Origin: a phage | DNA: 64,000 nt | Strand: one strand, 5' to 3' | Sequence record: PZ496580.1 | Part shown: positions 37,343 through 47,744 of the stretch, one piece after another | How positions within the stretch are numbered: position 1 is the first letter of the stretch | Layout: each line of letters starts with the position of its first letter | The notes under the pieces: generated by a model | Databases searched by the model: none | What the model was told of the DNA's origin: nothing | Seen by the model: the letters and a program-made list of their open reading frames with translations, nothing else | Made by a program: the position numbers and the translations under genes

Positions 37343-38331
37343 TATACGAACTCCAATTCAACCATTAATTGCATTAACAAAAAGACAATGTGAATCTCTT
37401 TATCAGCCGCGTGCGCAAACATCTGATTATTTTCACCGATAATCTCGGTCAGACGGATAATCGACGCTGGCTTAACTTGAGTATACAACTCATTATAAAG
37501 TTTCTTGACAAATTGAGCGTATGTATTGGTATGGCGTGGTGCGAGTTTACGCACATTAGCAAACTGTTTAGTTTTAAGTGCTTCCACCACATCGGTTACT
37601 TCGGTATTGCTACTTTCGATAACCATGCTCAATACGCCAGCATCAATTTTACCATGTTTAGCGTAGCGGTCCAAAAGTTTCATTACGCGTCGGAAGTCTG
37701 GAAAGTTCTGCTTAACCAGTTCCGCTAATACGCGCATTTCTTCTACTGGCACACCTTCTTTATCAAGAATTGCTTTACACCGGACGATCATTTCTTTCAT
37801 CATGCGAAGCTGGTCATCTTTAGTCGGAGATCCAAACGTGATGGGGTCAAATCGAGACCGCAACGCTGGGATAATACCTTCTAGATCATTTGCTGTAATG
37901 ATGAATGTCACATTGTTTGAGTATGCCTCAGAGAAACTACGCAAGTGTCTTTGAGCATCAGCAAGCCCCGCTCGGTCATACTCATCGATAATAACAACTT
38001 TGCCTTTTTCTCGTTTTTCTTCATCAAGTGATACACTCTGCGCAAAGCGTGTAATCTCATCGCGGATAAAATCAATCTTACAATCTGCGCCGTTAACGAA
38101 CAGATAATCAACACCCACATCTTCGCAAAGCGCCTTAGCAACGGTTGTTTTACCAGTACCCGGCGATGGGCTATGCAGAATCATTGAAGGGATTCGGCCT
38201 TGCTTAACAATCTGCGCGAAGATCTTTTTATCTGCTTCCGGCAGAATACATTCAGAAATTGATTTCGGACGGTATTTCTGTTCCCACTGAAACTCATTTT
38301 CATTAACACTCAGCATATAATCACCTCTCAC
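37342..38331 (-). CDS. 44: Clamp loader large subunit gp44 (AAA+, 329 aa)
   Basis: EQKYRP...ILHSPSPGTGKTTVAKALC...DEYDR matches remembered T4 gp44. Confidence 0.9.
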   Translation of the reverse strand: MRGDYMLSVNENEFQWEQKYRPKSISECILPEADKKIFAQIVKQGRIPSMILHSPSPGTGKTTVAKALCEDVGVDYLFVNGADCKIDFIRDEITRFAQSVSLDEEKREKGKVVIIDEYDRAGLADAQRHLRSFSEAYSNNVTFIITANDLEGIIPALRSRFDPITFGSPTKDDQLRMMKEMIVRCKAILDKEGVPVEEMRVLAELVKQNFPDFRRVMKLLDRYAKHGKIDAGVLSMVIESSNTEVTDVVEALKTKQFANVRKLAPRHTNTYAQFVKKLYNELYTQVKPASIIRLTEIIGENNQMFAHAADKEIHIVFLLMQLMVELEFV

Positions 38332-38381
38332 AAATTACATCATTAAAATGGGGAGTATTTACACTCCCCGCAAATATTATA

Positions 38382-39071
38382 TTAGTCGGTGTAGCTGGAG
38401 TCAAGGTCACACGCGATCATATAAGATACGGTTTCACTTGCCAGCCATACAGCCTTACGGCGAGTGAAGCTCAGTTTGTAATCGCCGAAGTCAGTAGCAA
38501 CCAGTTTCATGTTATCTTTACGAATAAAGAAATGGAAGTCGGCGGTTCCGGCATATTCGCCCATGTCAAGACAAAACATCTCATTCGGATTATTTTTGTC
38601 AATCTCTTCCCAGCCTTTGATCATAAGACGACCATCAATCGGAAGAAATTCAAGGCGGTCCACTTTAAGCTGATTGCTCATTTTCATAAGCTGTTTCAGA
38701 TCGTCGTTGCTCAGTTCGTAATCTACATCGCTTGCAGGTGGAGTAACTCGGCCTTTCGGTGATACGATAGCAGCAGCACTAGCACCAGGATAATTAATTT
38801 TCAGACGATCGTTAGACACACGAATGTTACCAGTGCGGTTATCAACCGTAATATCTGCTTCATCACCTACCAGATTCAGAATACCCAGGAAAGAGTTAAG
38901 ATCATAGATCCCAATTTCGTGTTCCAGTTCTTGATTCAGAGTCGCTTCACCATATACAACGTTTGTCATGTTTTTGGTGATCAGGACGTTTCCTTTTTTC
39001 AGGATGATACCTGGGTTAATAGCGGAAAAGTTTTTCAGGGTAGCAATGGTTTCTTTAGTAAGTTTCATCAA
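38382..39071 (-). CDS. 45: Sliding clamp gp45 (229 aa)
   Basis: MKLTKETIATLKNFSAINPGI resembles remembered T4 gp45 MKLSKDTTALLKNFATINSGI; size 229 vs 228 aa. Confidence 0.9.
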   Translation of the reverse strand: MMKLTKETIATLKNFSAINPGIILKKGNVLITKNMTNVVYGEATLNQELEHEIGIYDLNSFLGILNLVGDEADITVDNRTGNIRVSNDRLKINYPGASAAAIVSPKGRVTPPASDVDYELSNDDLKQLMKMSNQLKVDRLEFLPIDGRLMIKGWEEIDKNNPNEMFCLDMGEYAGTADFHFFIRKDNMKLVATDFGDYKLSFTRRKAVWLASETVSYMIACDLDSSYTD

Positions 39072-39098
39072 ATCACCTTTATCATGTTAATCAATTAA

Positions 39099-39497
39099 TT
39101 ATGGGTTTACTTTGTGCTCATTTTGAATCTTTAGCATTCTTTCGATAAATTTTTTCTCGGCTTCCTTGTCGGATGAGTGAGTATACTTCAATCCAATGTA
39201 AGCTGTCAAGTATTGTTGCAGAGCATAGACAGTAACAGGATTCTTTGCGGTCTTTTTGCCGTCGAGATATACCAGATCACCACGAACATCAAACGCAAGT
39301 TTACGACGAATCACGTCATCAACAAATTTATCTAGGACAAAATACCACTCAATACATTCTATCCCGTGACGGTAGTTCATTACATCATTATCTTTGATAT
39401 AGTCAAACGGAATATGACATAATTTACGATTTTGTAGTATGAATAGCATTTGTTCTTTTAAGCTCATACGTTTCATTCTATCACTTCCCATCAGCAA
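39099..39497 (-). CDS. Hypothetical protein (132 aa) in the rpbA position
   Basis: Immediately downstream of 45 as rpbA is in T4; size similar (129 aa). Positional only. Confidence 0.4.
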   Translation of the reverse strand: MLMGSDRMKRMSLKEQMLFILQNRKLCHIPFDYIKDNDVMNYRHGIECIEWYFVLDKFVDDVIRRKLAFDVRGDLVYLDGKKTAKNPVTVYALQQYLTAYIGLKYTHSSDKEAEKKFIERMLKIQNEHKVNP

Positions 39498-39873
39498 TTG
39501 CGATCAGACGAGTTACTACTACGCTAGCGGCTTCAATCAGCAGTTCATCAGTGTCAATCTGATAACCTTTTTCGAGAATATCTTTACCACGAATAGTTTT
39601 AGCGCCTTTAGCAATTGAATCATCGTAATACTTGCGCATTGCAGCGATCCATTCTTTTTGCACCATATCATCAATATGCGCGTACAGTTCAAAGCGTGCT
39701 TGCTGCGGGATAACCTTCATTTTAGCTTTCTCGCTTTCCGGCATTTGCAGTACCCACGCTTTACGGATCTTGTTCATTGCTCGGTCAAATTCGAGGCTGG
39801 TTTTCTTGTTCTGAATGTCTGCTACAGTAATTTTAGCCAGGTTTGCGGAAGTAGTCATAATATTAATCTCCAA
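39481..39873 (-). CDS. Hypothetical protein (130 aa)
   Basis: ORF between 46 and 45. Confidence 0.5.
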   Translation of the reverse strand: MEINIMTTSANLAKITVADIQNKKTSLEFDRAMNKIRKAWVLQMPESEKAKMKVIPQQARFELYAHIDDMVQKEWIAAMRKYYDDSIAKGAKTIRGKDILEKGYQIDTDELLIEAASVVVTRLIAIADGK

Positions 39874-39888
39874 AATAAAATCAGTATA

Positions 39889-40119
39889 TCACGTTCTAAA
39901 GTTTGTTGCAACCCCAGCATCAGGGTAATCAAGTTTATCAAAGTTGGGGACCAGCATAAACTCATGATGACGACAAGACAACATTTTTGTTATGTCTTCA
40001 TCGCTGTATATGCTGTTTTTCATATCCCCCATACTAACTACATATTCTTCACCGGAATATAGATTGATTAATGTATACAATTCTAACTCCGGCTGCGTTA
40101 CTCTGTCAAATGTTAACAT
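39889..40119 (-). CDS. Hypothetical protein (76 aa)
   Basis: ORF overlapping the gp46 stop. Confidence 0.45.
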   Translation of the reverse strand: MLTFDRVTQPELELYTLINLYSGEEYVVSMGDMKNSIYSDEDITKMLSCRHHEFMLVPNFDKLDYPDAGVATNFRT

Positions 40120-41803
40120 TCATTTCAGTGAATCGCCCACGTTTAACCATCTTGAGATGACGGCTAAAATCATCAGGGTTATGGTCACGATGGCTGATAA
40201 TATACACGTTATCATCTAACTTGTCAATGATGGAATCAAGTGCTTTTACGCCTTGAACGTCCGTAGCCCCATCATAAATTTCGTCGAGTACCAACAAAGA
40301 AATATTAGTACCAGATACTTTACCAGCAACATCACGCCATGTAAAGAGCATCGCAAGGTCAATACGTGCTTTTTCGCCTTGACTGAATGATGTATACGAA
40401 AACGATTCACGCCCCCGTGATTTAATTGTCTCGTTAAACTCTTCATCTAACGTAAAGATATAATCCGCTTCCATGATATCAAGATAATACGCAATCCGAT
40501 CATTGAAATATGGAATATATTTCTTGACGATAGACGCCTTAACACCGGAATCTTTCAACATTTCTGTTACAAATCCACGATGATATTTTTCAAGAACTAG
40601 CTTTGATTTTTCATTAGTAATCTCTACCAGTTCGTGTTCCAGTTTAGCAAGTTCTTCGGAATTGTCAACCCTTTCTTTTTGTAATTCCTGAATTGCTTTC
40701 TGGATCTGTTTAGCCCGACCTACAGATGCCGTTAAATTCGCTCTCTGTGACTCTATAGCGCGTTTAATTTCCAATACCTTAGTTTGTGCTGTCTGGAAAG
40801 AATTGGCCTTCTCTGCGTATTCTACGCGTTTCTCGTCAATCAGAGACAGTTTATGTTCTGCTTGTGCTTTTTGTTCTCGTACAGCCTGATCATTACCTTG
40901 AATGATCGGTTGTGTGCACGTAGGACAGACCCCGCCTTTCTCATGCATATGAATAACACGGTCAAAGTTCTGGATCTGCGCACCAATCTGTGCGATAGCC
41001 GTATTAATTTTAGCCAATGCCGCGCTAGGATCTTCCGGCATAACAACAGCCAATAGCTCATCGGTCAAGCGCGTTTCTTCGGCTTTAAATGCTTTAGCCG
41101 ACTCTACCTCTTTATCATACATATTCTGTAAACGCTGGAGATTCTCGGCACTCGCCTTGCTAGCGTCTTCTATGTACTTTTTATGAGTGTTGATTTGTTG
41201 CTGAACGTGATTAGCTTTCATTTCCTGCATTTGGATATTCTGGGTTATCTCGCGCACATACGCTTTATTCAGTTTATCCATTTCGCCTAGCGTAGCAATA
41301 TCAAGCAAATCCTCGACCAGTTTACGGCGACCCGCTGCCGGAAGACTCATAAACGGAACATAACCAGCAGTGCCTAAAACAACGATCTGTTTGAAGCTGG
41401 CTAGGTTCATGCCTATGATACCTTCAAAATATTCCTGAAAGTCTTTGGTGCTTGCGCTCTCATCGATCTTTTGACCGTCGCGATGCACTTCGAATACTTC
41501 CGGCTTTTGTCCACGTTTAATATAAAATTCTTTCCCGTCCAGTTCAAACCAGACTTCGACCAACAGTTTCTTTTTGTTGACGCTGTTAATCAATTGGCCT
41601 TTCTTGATACTACGAAACGGTTTACCGAACAACACAAAGCAAAGCGCCTCGATCATTGTTGATTTACCAGCACCGTTAACACCAGTGATTAGTGTCTTTT
41701 TGAATCCGTCTAGCTGAATCTCTACAGGTTCAGCACCCACGCTCATTATATTTTGATAGCGCAAGGTTTTAAAATTTAACTTTGCCATTAATCCACTCCG
41801 CAA
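40106..41803 (-). CDS. 46: Recombination endonuclease subunit gp46 (Rad50/SbcC-like, 565 aa)
   Basis: Walker A GVNGAGKST, central coiled coil with CPTC zinc hook, C-terminal FSQGEKARIDLA...LVLDE; matches remembered T4 gp46. Confidence 0.9.
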   Translation of the reverse strand: MRSGLMAKLNFKTLRYQNIMSVGAEPVEIQLDGFKKTLITGVNGAGKSTMIEALCFVLFGKPFRSIKKGQLINSVNKKKLLVEVWFELDGKEFYIKRGQKPEVFEVHRDGQKIDESASTKDFQEYFEGIIGMNLASFKQIVVLGTAGYVPFMSLPAAGRRKLVEDLLDIATLGEMDKLNKAYVREITQNIQMQEMKANHVQQQINTHKKYIEDASKASAENLQRLQNMYDKEVESAKAFKAEETRLTDELLAVVMPEDPSAALAKINTAIAQIGAQIQNFDRVIHMHEKGGVCPTCTQPIIQGNDQAVREQKAQAEHKLSLIDEKRVEYAEKANSFQTAQTKVLEIKRAIESQRANLTASVGRAKQIQKAIQELQKERVDNSEELAKLEHELVEITNEKSKLVLEKYHRGFVTEMLKDSGVKASIVKKYIPYFNDRIAYYLDIMEADYIFTLDEEFNETIKSRGRESFSYTSFSQGEKARIDLAMLFTWRDVAGKVSGTNISLLVLDEIYDGATDVQGVKALDSIIDKLDDNVYIISHRDHNPDDFSRHLKMVKRGRFTEMNVNI

Positions 41804-42032
41804 TCACACATTCCATAATATTAAATGCTAACACATCTTCATCAATGTTGTAAACACTTGCCGCCTTCACTTTAACTAATGTGTCTCTGCGATCTGGCAA
41901 CATGATAACATAATCCAGTGTCGCCGGATCATATGTCATAAAGGGGTCAATATAAACCCCTTTATTCAATGCCAGATATTCGCGAAGACCTTCTATAACC
42001 CTGTGTCTAAGGTAGGTCATCGATAGAATCAT
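41769..42032 (-). CDS. Hypothetical protein (87 aa)
   Basis: ORF in the 47-46 interval. Confidence 0.5.
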   Translation of the reverse strand: MILSMTYLRHRVIEGLREYLALNKGVYIDPFMTYDPATLDYVIMLPDRRDTLVKVKAASVYNIDEDVLAFNIMECVIAEWINGKVKF

Positions 42033-42619
42033 TTTAGTTTATGTTCCTCTAAAAATTCTTCAATTTCACCTTGCAGGTCTTCCGCTTGCTGTTCCAGAAT
42101 ATCGCGAAATTCACCTACAGTCAAGCGGTAATCACATTTCACCAGTCGATGCGGGAGAATATACCCTTTATACATTGTCTCTGACGCTTCCAGGAATACC
42201 CCGCTATGCATGACGGAGATCCAACCTGTTAACGTCAATGGAGTATTCGGAAAATAATACTTGCTGGATTGTTTCCACTGGACGAAAGCACCATATACAA
42301 TCGGATTATATTCACCAACCACACTCTTAATAATGGATTCTACTTTGTCTTTTACAAATACGCCCATATCCATAGTGGTCATCAATTCTTGTGGATGAAT
42401 CACTTTAAGGTAACGACGATAGTCATCATCATAATACAGCTTAACTACTGGTTCACCCCACATAGACGAAATATTCGCTTTCAGATATCCATAAATCGGA
42501 TTCTTATCATAGGATTGTTTTAGCGTGTAGGTATGCAACAGCGTAATAAAATGTCGCATTACCAGTTTATCTGGATCAACCGCGCCCATAGTCGTATTCA
42601 TAATATGTTCCTTTCTCAA
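42029..42619 (-). CDS. Hypothetical protein (196 aa)
   Basis: ORF in the 47-46 interval. Confidence 0.5.
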   Translation of the reverse strand: MRKEHIMNTTMGAVDPDKLVMRHFITLLHTYTLKQSYDKNPIYGYLKANISSMWGEPVVKLYYDDDYRRYLKVIHPQELMTTMDMGVFVKDKVESIIKSVVGEYNPIVYGAFVQWKQSSKYYFPNTPLTLTGWISVMHSGVFLEASETMYKGYILPHRLVKCDYRLTVGEFRDILEQQAEDLQGEIEEFLEEHKLK

Positions 42620-42899
42620 TTGCTTCTTGTTTCAGGTCTTCTAACATTTCATCAATAGCTTGTTTCAGCATATGACGCAGAGTAAAGTAGTAGTGTTCAT
42701 CAAATTCTATTTCTCGACGGGGAATAGAACGGAACTTACATTTAACGACTGTATCAGTCATTCGTTTTTCGACCAACATACGCACTTCTTGATGTTCTTT
42801 AGAATACCAGACCATCACATGCATATCTTTACGGCGAGCGAACATAGGCAAAGACGCATTAAACCATATTACCTTTTGTGCAAGTGTAAGGGTTTTCAT
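42576..42899 (-). CDS. Hypothetical protein (107 aa)
   Basis: ORF in the 47-46 interval. Confidence 0.5.
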   Translation of the reverse strand: MKTLTLAQKVIWFNASLPMFARRKDMHVMVWYSKEHQEVRMLVEKRMTDTVVKCKFRSIPRREIEFDEHYYFTLRHMLKQAIDEMLEDLKQEAIEKGTYYEYDYGRG

Positions 42900-43159
42900 A
42901 GTACAGACTCCATAGATCCACGCGCAATAACATTCTGGGTGATATCAGCAATCTTACGGGATACGATGTTTGTTAGCCCTTCTTTGGTGATATTTTCACG
43001 ATCAAATGGGATTTCGTCATGAGTCCACAAACCATAGTTAGATCGAAATGATAGCATATACTGACCATCTCGCACAACCTCAAATACATGGATCTTAGTG
43101 AATTTCGATAAACCTTCGTTGATTTCTTTCAGTGCATTAGTAATCATAACAACCTCCAA
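42896..43159 (-). CDS. Hypothetical protein (87 aa)
   Basis: ORF with promoter cassette upstream. Confidence 0.5.
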   Translation of the reverse strand: MEVVMITNALKEINEGLSKFTKIHVFEVVRDGQYMLSFRSNYGLWTHDEIPFDRENITKEGLTNIVSRKIADITQNVIARGSMESVL

Positions 43160-43171
43160 TCAATTTTAGAG

Positions 43172-43200
43172 AGTATAACGGGGATTTCTCCCCGCGTCAA
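43172..43200 (-). promoter_or_regulatory. Early promoter (TTGACG-N17-TATACT) with CGGGGA-GAAA-TCCCCG hairpin in the spacer
   Basis: Plus cgtcaa at 43195-43200. Confidence 0.5.
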
Positions 43201-44235
43201 CTAACTTTTTGCGCTATTTACTTCGGCTAAAAGTTCATCAGAAATACGCTTGACCGCCGCAAGTTCTTCCGGTTCTAGGTTTTGTTCTTCCAGATATTCA
43301 TAGACCATCTGAATAGTGCTTTTAACTTCAATAACACCTGTTTCCTGTGATGCGCTACTCTCCAGTTTATGGACCACTTTTAGCTTGTGTACAACGGCCT
43401 CTAACGCGCTTTCTAACTTAGTTAACCCATTATCAGCGACCGTTGCGATAAGACGCACACTAAGCCCCTTAAAGCGTTCTACATCGATTTTATCATCTGA
43501 CGGGTAAGTGATACGCACATGATAAGTTTTGTCATTCTGAATAAACTCTTTTTTGTGTGTATCGGTATCGAATACCCAAAAACCACGCGGATCGTTTTCG
43601 TCACCCGCCGTTAGTGTGTATGGTGTACCGATATACGTTACGTTACCCCCATCACTAATAGTATGAAAATGACCAGAAAACACTTCACGGTATTTCTTGA
43701 GGAAGTCCGCGCTATAACCTTCGGATTTTAGCCCTTTATAGAAATAGTAACCGGACAATTCCCAATGGCCTACACAATATTCGCTGAATGAGTTTTGAAT
43801 AAACTCTAAAATCTCTGATTTATTGTCATCACAAAACCACGGGAACAGATCAAATGATACACCATCAAAGGTAACTGTTTCTGGTTTATCAATAACCTTA
43901 ATACAATCATACTGGCTTAACACTTCACGCGGTGCGTTAGGCTGGATCTTGTTTCGTTTAAACATATCATGATTCCCGACCGTGATATAACAAGTAATAC
44001 CAGCCTCTTCCAGTAGCGGGATGATTTTCGTTCTATTAAAACGCATAGTTGCATGTGTGATTGCTTTTCGGCAATCAAACCAGTCCCCTGTCTGAATCCA
44101 TGCCTTAATATTATGTTTTTTTGAATAATCGACTGCCTTTTTAATAGTATCAAGAATATACTCATGTATCCACGGATCATCGTTGCCGATACCAGTATGC
44201 AGATCACCCAAAAGCAAAATTTTCATATTATACAT
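43201..44235 (-). CDS. 47: Recombination endonuclease subunit gp47 (Mre11/SbcD-like, 344 aa)
   Basis: Phosphoesterase motifs GDLH, GDWFD, GNHD, GHWE, GHFH; TAGDENDPRGFW matches remembered T4 gp47. Confidence 0.9.
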   Translation of the reverse strand: MYNMKILLLGDLHTGIGNDDPWIHEYILDTIKKAVDYSKKHNIKAWIQTGDWFDCRKAITHATMRFNRTKIIPLLEEAGITCYITVGNHDMFKRNKIQPNAPREVLSQYDCIKVIDKPETVTFDGVSFDLFPWFCDDNKSEILEFIQNSFSEYCVGHWELSGYYFYKGLKSEGYSADFLKKYREVFSGHFHTISDGGNVTYIGTPYTLTAGDENDPRGFWVFDTDTHKKEFIQNDKTYHVRITYPSDDKIDVERFKGLSVRLIATVADNGLTKLESALEAVVHKLKVVHKLESSASQETGVIEVKSTIQMVYEYLEEQNLEPEELAAVKRISDELLAEVNSAKS

Positions 44236-44241
44236 AATCTC

Positions 44242-44796
44242 CTAAAAATTTTTAACACCATATTCACCAAAATAAAGATCAACCGCTTTGTCATAAGCTC
44301 TGGCCGCATCTTCTTCGTTGACATAATACCCAAGAGATATTAGTTTATCATTATTTCGTATTCTTGCAACCCATTTCTTCGTATGTTTATGCCAGCTAAC
44401 CCCTTTATACTTGCTTGCTTTATTCTTGTACTTTCCAACGTTACAAGCATTTTTCTTTGCGTCGGACTCTCTAAGATTGCGCGGTGCGTTGTTTAAAGGA
44501 TTTCGGTCTATATGATCTATAATTTCTGGTTGTGTTCCATGCTCAAGAAACCATACAATACGATGTACATATGGCTTTAAAACCCTCCCATTATCCATAA
44601 CAATTGCAATTTGGAGATGATCCTGACTTTTAAAAGTTTTTACTTTATCTCCTGCCTTATAAAACTTTCCTTCGTAATTCTTTCCTCCGGCTCGGCTATT
44701 CTTTAAATGATAAAGAATACCATCGTCGTCATGTCTATATCTTTCTCGTATAATTCGTTGCGTTTCTTCATCCCACAATTTGGAACGTCTACTCAT
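44242..44796 (-). CDS. Freestanding HNH homing endonuclease with C-terminal AP2 DNA-binding domain (184 aa)
   Basis: HRIVWFLEHG...IDHIDRNPLNN HNH motif; YKGVSWHKHTKKWVARIRNNDKLISLGYYVNEEDAARAYDKA is an AP2 domain. Confidence 0.8.
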   Translation of the reverse strand: MSRRSKLWDEETQRIIRERYRHDDDGILYHLKNSRAGGKNYEGKFYKAGDKVKTFKSQDHLQIAIVMDNGRVLKPYVHRIVWFLEHGTQPEIIDHIDRNPLNNAPRNLRESDAKKNACNVGKYKNKASKYKGVSWHKHTKKWVARIRNNDKLISLGYYVNEEDAARAYDKAVDLYFGEYGVKNF

Positions 44797-44866
44797 AGTC
44801 TCTTCCTCTCTTCGTTTTCGATGCTCTCACTATATCACAGAAAAATAAAAAGGGAAACCCCTTTCA
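44242..44866 (-). mobile_element. Homing-endonuclease insertion unit (terminator, extended -10 promoter, HNH-AP2 ORF) between genes 55 and 47
   Basis: Minus-strand AAAGGG-GTTT-CCCTTT + TTATTTTT terminator (44841-44866) and TGaTATAGT promoter (44826-44837) directly upstream of the HNH ORF. Confidence 0.55.
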
Positions 44867-44886
44867 GAGTCTCCCTTATAAAGCCA

Positions 44887-45174
44887 TTACAGCATACTTA
44901 ATACCGTTTGCCGTGTACTAACCCACATAGCAGAAAGCAGTTCTGGCGTGTGTGGCTGTTTGTAGATATCACGTAATTTTCCGATAGCGTAGATATACGC
45001 ATCACGGTTATCATCGATGATAGCTTGTTCAGCCCACCTCTTAAGGCGTGCAATCTCTCGCGAGTTCTTACGCAAGATCTTTTCCGCTTTCTTAGCGGCT
45101 TTCGCCTCTAGTTCTGCTTGTACTTTGTCTACTTCATTCACTACAATCTGGTCATGTTGTTCATCGTAAGTCAT
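44887..45174 (-). CDS. Hypothetical protein (95 aa)
   Basis: ORF downstream of 55. Confidence 0.5.
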   Translation of the reverse strand: MTYDEQHDQIVVNEVDKVQAELEAKAAKKAEKILRKNSREIARLKRWAEQAIIDDNRDAYIYAIGKLRDIYKQPHTPELLSAMWVSTRQTVLSML

Positions 45175-45175
45175 A

Positions 45176-45409
45176 TTATTTTCCTTCTGGGATATAGTCG
45201 ATGATTAAAGAAAATTCATCTTCTGATACATTATAGCTATGTGAGATTGTACCCGTAAAGACCTCAAGGTCCGGTGATTTGATATTGCACGGATCGATAA
45301 TCACCGGAACGCCGCAATCTCTCAAAAATAATTTGGCGAAATACGGCACAAGGTCAGTTTCAAACTCTGCTTCTTCCAGCAAACGGGAAATGTTAATTTT
45401 CAATCTCAT
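45176..45409 (-). CDS. Hypothetical protein (77 aa)
   Basis: ORF overlapping the gp55 stop. Confidence 0.5.
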   Translation of the reverse strand: MRLKINISRLLEEAEFETDLVPYFAKLFLRDCGVPVIIDPCNIKSPDLEVFTGTISHSYNVSEDEFSLIIDYIPEGK

Positions 45410-45926
45410 AAAATTGGTCCAGGCTAGGCAATTCCTCGGTCAATACATCTTCAACCTTTGGCGCTTTCGGTTTATTGACCGATTCCTCGTAGTTGTTGAT
45501 TTTATCGTAAATGTCCTGTATGAATGCCTCATCCGCAATCTGGCACATATCAGCGTCGCGTTCGTCATATACATGATGCACAAAATATTTGTATTTTGCG
45601 GCGGTTGCTGTTCTTTCTTTTTTAATGCGCTGTACAAAGGCATTAAAGCACGCTTGCGTAATGTAAGCATGAGGATTTTTATACTTTGTCTCGTCAAAAT
45701 TAATCAAACCCTTGACCGCCGCTTCGATTCCATCGTCGATCATTTCTTCGCGCCACGTTTGACTATAGCCAGAAAAGTTAAAACGCCGTGATAGATTTTT
45801 AGAGATTTGCATAATTGCTAGGCCGATTTGGTCGCTCATTGGCACTTGTCGACCTTCGGCTGCAATTCGTTGTTTCCAACGGCAAATTTCTTCGTAAAGC
45901 TCTTTATTGTTTACATAATCAGACAC
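45393..45926 (-). CDS. 55: Late-transcription sigma factor gp55 (177 aa)
   Basis: [11 protein letters not shown]...[22 protein letters not shown]...[29 protein letters not shown] is near-identical to remembered T4 gp55. Confidence 0.95.
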   Translation of the reverse strand: MSDYVNNKELYEEICRWKQRIAAEGRQVPMSDQIGLAIMQISKNLSRRFNFSGYSQTWREEMIDDGIEAAVKGLINFDETKYKNPHAYITQACFNAFVQRIKKERTATAAKYKYFVHHVYDERDADMCQIADEAFIQDIYDKINNYEESVNKPKAPKVEDVLTEELPSLDQFYEIEN

Positions 45927-45966
45927 TTCGCACCCTCGCTATTATTTAGGAAATAACCCTTTCGGG

Positions 45967-47436
45967 CTATTCCCCATTACCATTATACTTTCTTTGCTTA
46001 GTTATCCACACTCTAACCATCTCTACAGATTCGCCGTCAGACGGATCAAGAGTTTTTCCTTTTTTCTTCATGCGGTACTTAAATCCGTTAAATCTTGCAT
46101 TCTCTTGCTCGTTAAAGTCGAACATCTTTTTAAATGATTTTCGCCCTTTACGCTCACCGCATTCTAGAGGAATCATTCGGTCTGTTATTACATTGGCATT
46201 AGGTAGAAACGTTTTTAGATAATCTACCAACGCCCAATCAGGAACATATAGATTAACATTCTCCTTGCTCTCGTTGTCTCTCAGGTTACAACGCAAACAT
46301 AATTGAAATGCTGGTTCCAGATAATCAGACACATGACGCGCTTTCAAAAACTCGTTTGTTGGGAGATCGCAACTATTAGCAAGACCTTTTAAAATATCAA
46401 TCTCCCATCGTTGAGGGTTAAAGCTGAACATCACAGCAACATTTTTATGATGAATGTAAGAGTTAAGACCATAAGATCCGTAAGGTATCCGCTCACCAAT
46501 ACCATTTGTGCACGCTTCTCGGTCCCGATTCACGGTATAAATGAAGTCATCACCACATTCATTTTTAACCATATCAACAAGACGTTCAAAGGTATTGTTT
46601 GTTTCTGACTGGTGACGCGACCATCGTTCAGAGTCCGTCATAAGGATGATATTAACTCTATCTGTATTTTTATACTCTTTGAAATATAGTCTGGATTCTA
46701 GCGCACTCGGAACAAAATCACAATTTGCATAGTATCGTAGATACTTCCCACTATATGTATCAAAGAGATTTGCACATGCTATCGTAACCTTTTTAAAGTC
46801 TCCCCACGTACCGTGTTTGTTATCGTTCAAGAAAACAATTTTCGACCCATTCTTCCGGTGGCCTTCGTTATGTTTTACCATAACGTTGATTTTCTTCTCT
46901 AATAACGCCTCATAAAGCCCTCTAAGAGAAGAATCGATCATATCAGTACCATCCTTTGCACTTTCTATCTTTTCTTTGATAGCGGCCTTCTCAGAGTCTT
47001 TTAGAACTAAGTTCTGTAGGCATTCCGATTCGTCGGCGATTGGTTCGCAATGCTTCGTGATAAGTTCAAGATTAGACTTAAACGGATACTCATTAAATTC
47101 AACCAGTTGAGGAACTTCATCAATGTAAAGAGCATAATCACCAAACATTTTTGAACGTTCCATATTAGATAACGCTGTATGTGTAATGAATATCACATCA
47201 GCACCATCTTTAACTGATTGCATTATCGACGCTTGCACTGTCTTAAGGCTTCTTAGTCTTGTGCTATCAATCAAGACAGCACGACCGCCCATTCTTTTAA
47301 ACTTATTGTAAGATTGTTCACTTAAAACACGAGATGGCGAAGCAATAACCGCTTTTTCTTTTGTCTCTAGGACGTGGGAAAGTATAGCATCAGTTTTCCC
47401 CGCCGCTGGCAATGCGATTAATGTTTCAATCTTCAT
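45967..47436 (-). CDS. Unassigned P-loop NTPase (489 aa) with helicase-like motifs I, Ia, II at the N-terminus
   Basis: Walker A ALPAAGKTD (res 8-16), ASPSR (Ia-like), YIDEVP (Walker B/DExx-like); Cys-containing C-terminal half without recognisable helicase motifs III-VI. Confidence 0.6.
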   Translation of the reverse strand: MKIETLIALPAAGKTDAILSHVLETKEKAVIASPSRVLSEQSYNKFKRMGGRAVLIDSTRLRSLKTVQASIMQSVKDGADVIFITHTALSNMERSKMFGDYALYIDEVPQLVEFNEYPFKSNLELITKHCEPIADESECLQNLVLKDSEKAAIKEKIESAKDGTDMIDSSLRGLYEALLEKKINVMVKHNEGHRKNGSKIVFLNDNKHGTWGDFKKVTIACANLFDTYSGKYLRYYANCDFVPSALESRLYFKEYKNTDRVNIILMTDSERWSRHQSETNNTFERLVDMVKNECGDDFIYTVNRDREACTNGIGERIPYGSYGLNSYIHHKNVAVMFSFNPQRWEIDILKGLANSCDLPTNEFLKARHVSDYLEPAFQLCLRCNLRDNESKENVNLYVPDWALVDYLKTFLPNANVITDRMIPLECGERKGRKSFKKMFDFNEQENARFNGFKYRMKKKGKTLDPSDGESVEMVRVWITKQRKYNGNGE

Positions 47437-47723
47437 TAGAAACCCTTACGTCGTGCTTTCTGACATTTCTTGATCATTTTATCAGAAATTTCGCGCTTCG
47501 GTGCAATCTCTTTCACACCGAAAGCACTAATGCCAAATTCAGAGAGAATATATTCAACCAACAATTCACGCACACGCGCTTTACCGATATTCACGCCGTT
47601 ATTTTTCAGATATGTCTGGCCTTCGACTTGCATCAGATCTAAATCCGCGTCGGTAATATTGATTTCTTCCATGCGCCCAAATCGAGAATAAACCATGTGT
47701 GCGATTGCATTGTGTACTAACAT
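47436..47723 (-). CDS. Hypothetical protein (95 aa from ATG at 47723), co-transcribed partner of the P-loop NTPase
   Basis: Track start 47741 is TTG; ATG at 47723 preceded by GAGG; stop overlaps the NTPase start. Confidence 0.5.
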   Translation of the reverse strand: MLVHNAIAHMVYSRFGRMEEINITDADLDLMQVEGQTYLKNNGVNIGKARVRELLVEYILSEFGISAFGVKEIAPKREISDKMIKKCQKARRKGF

Positions 47724-47744
47724 AATATATTCCTCACTCAAGAA

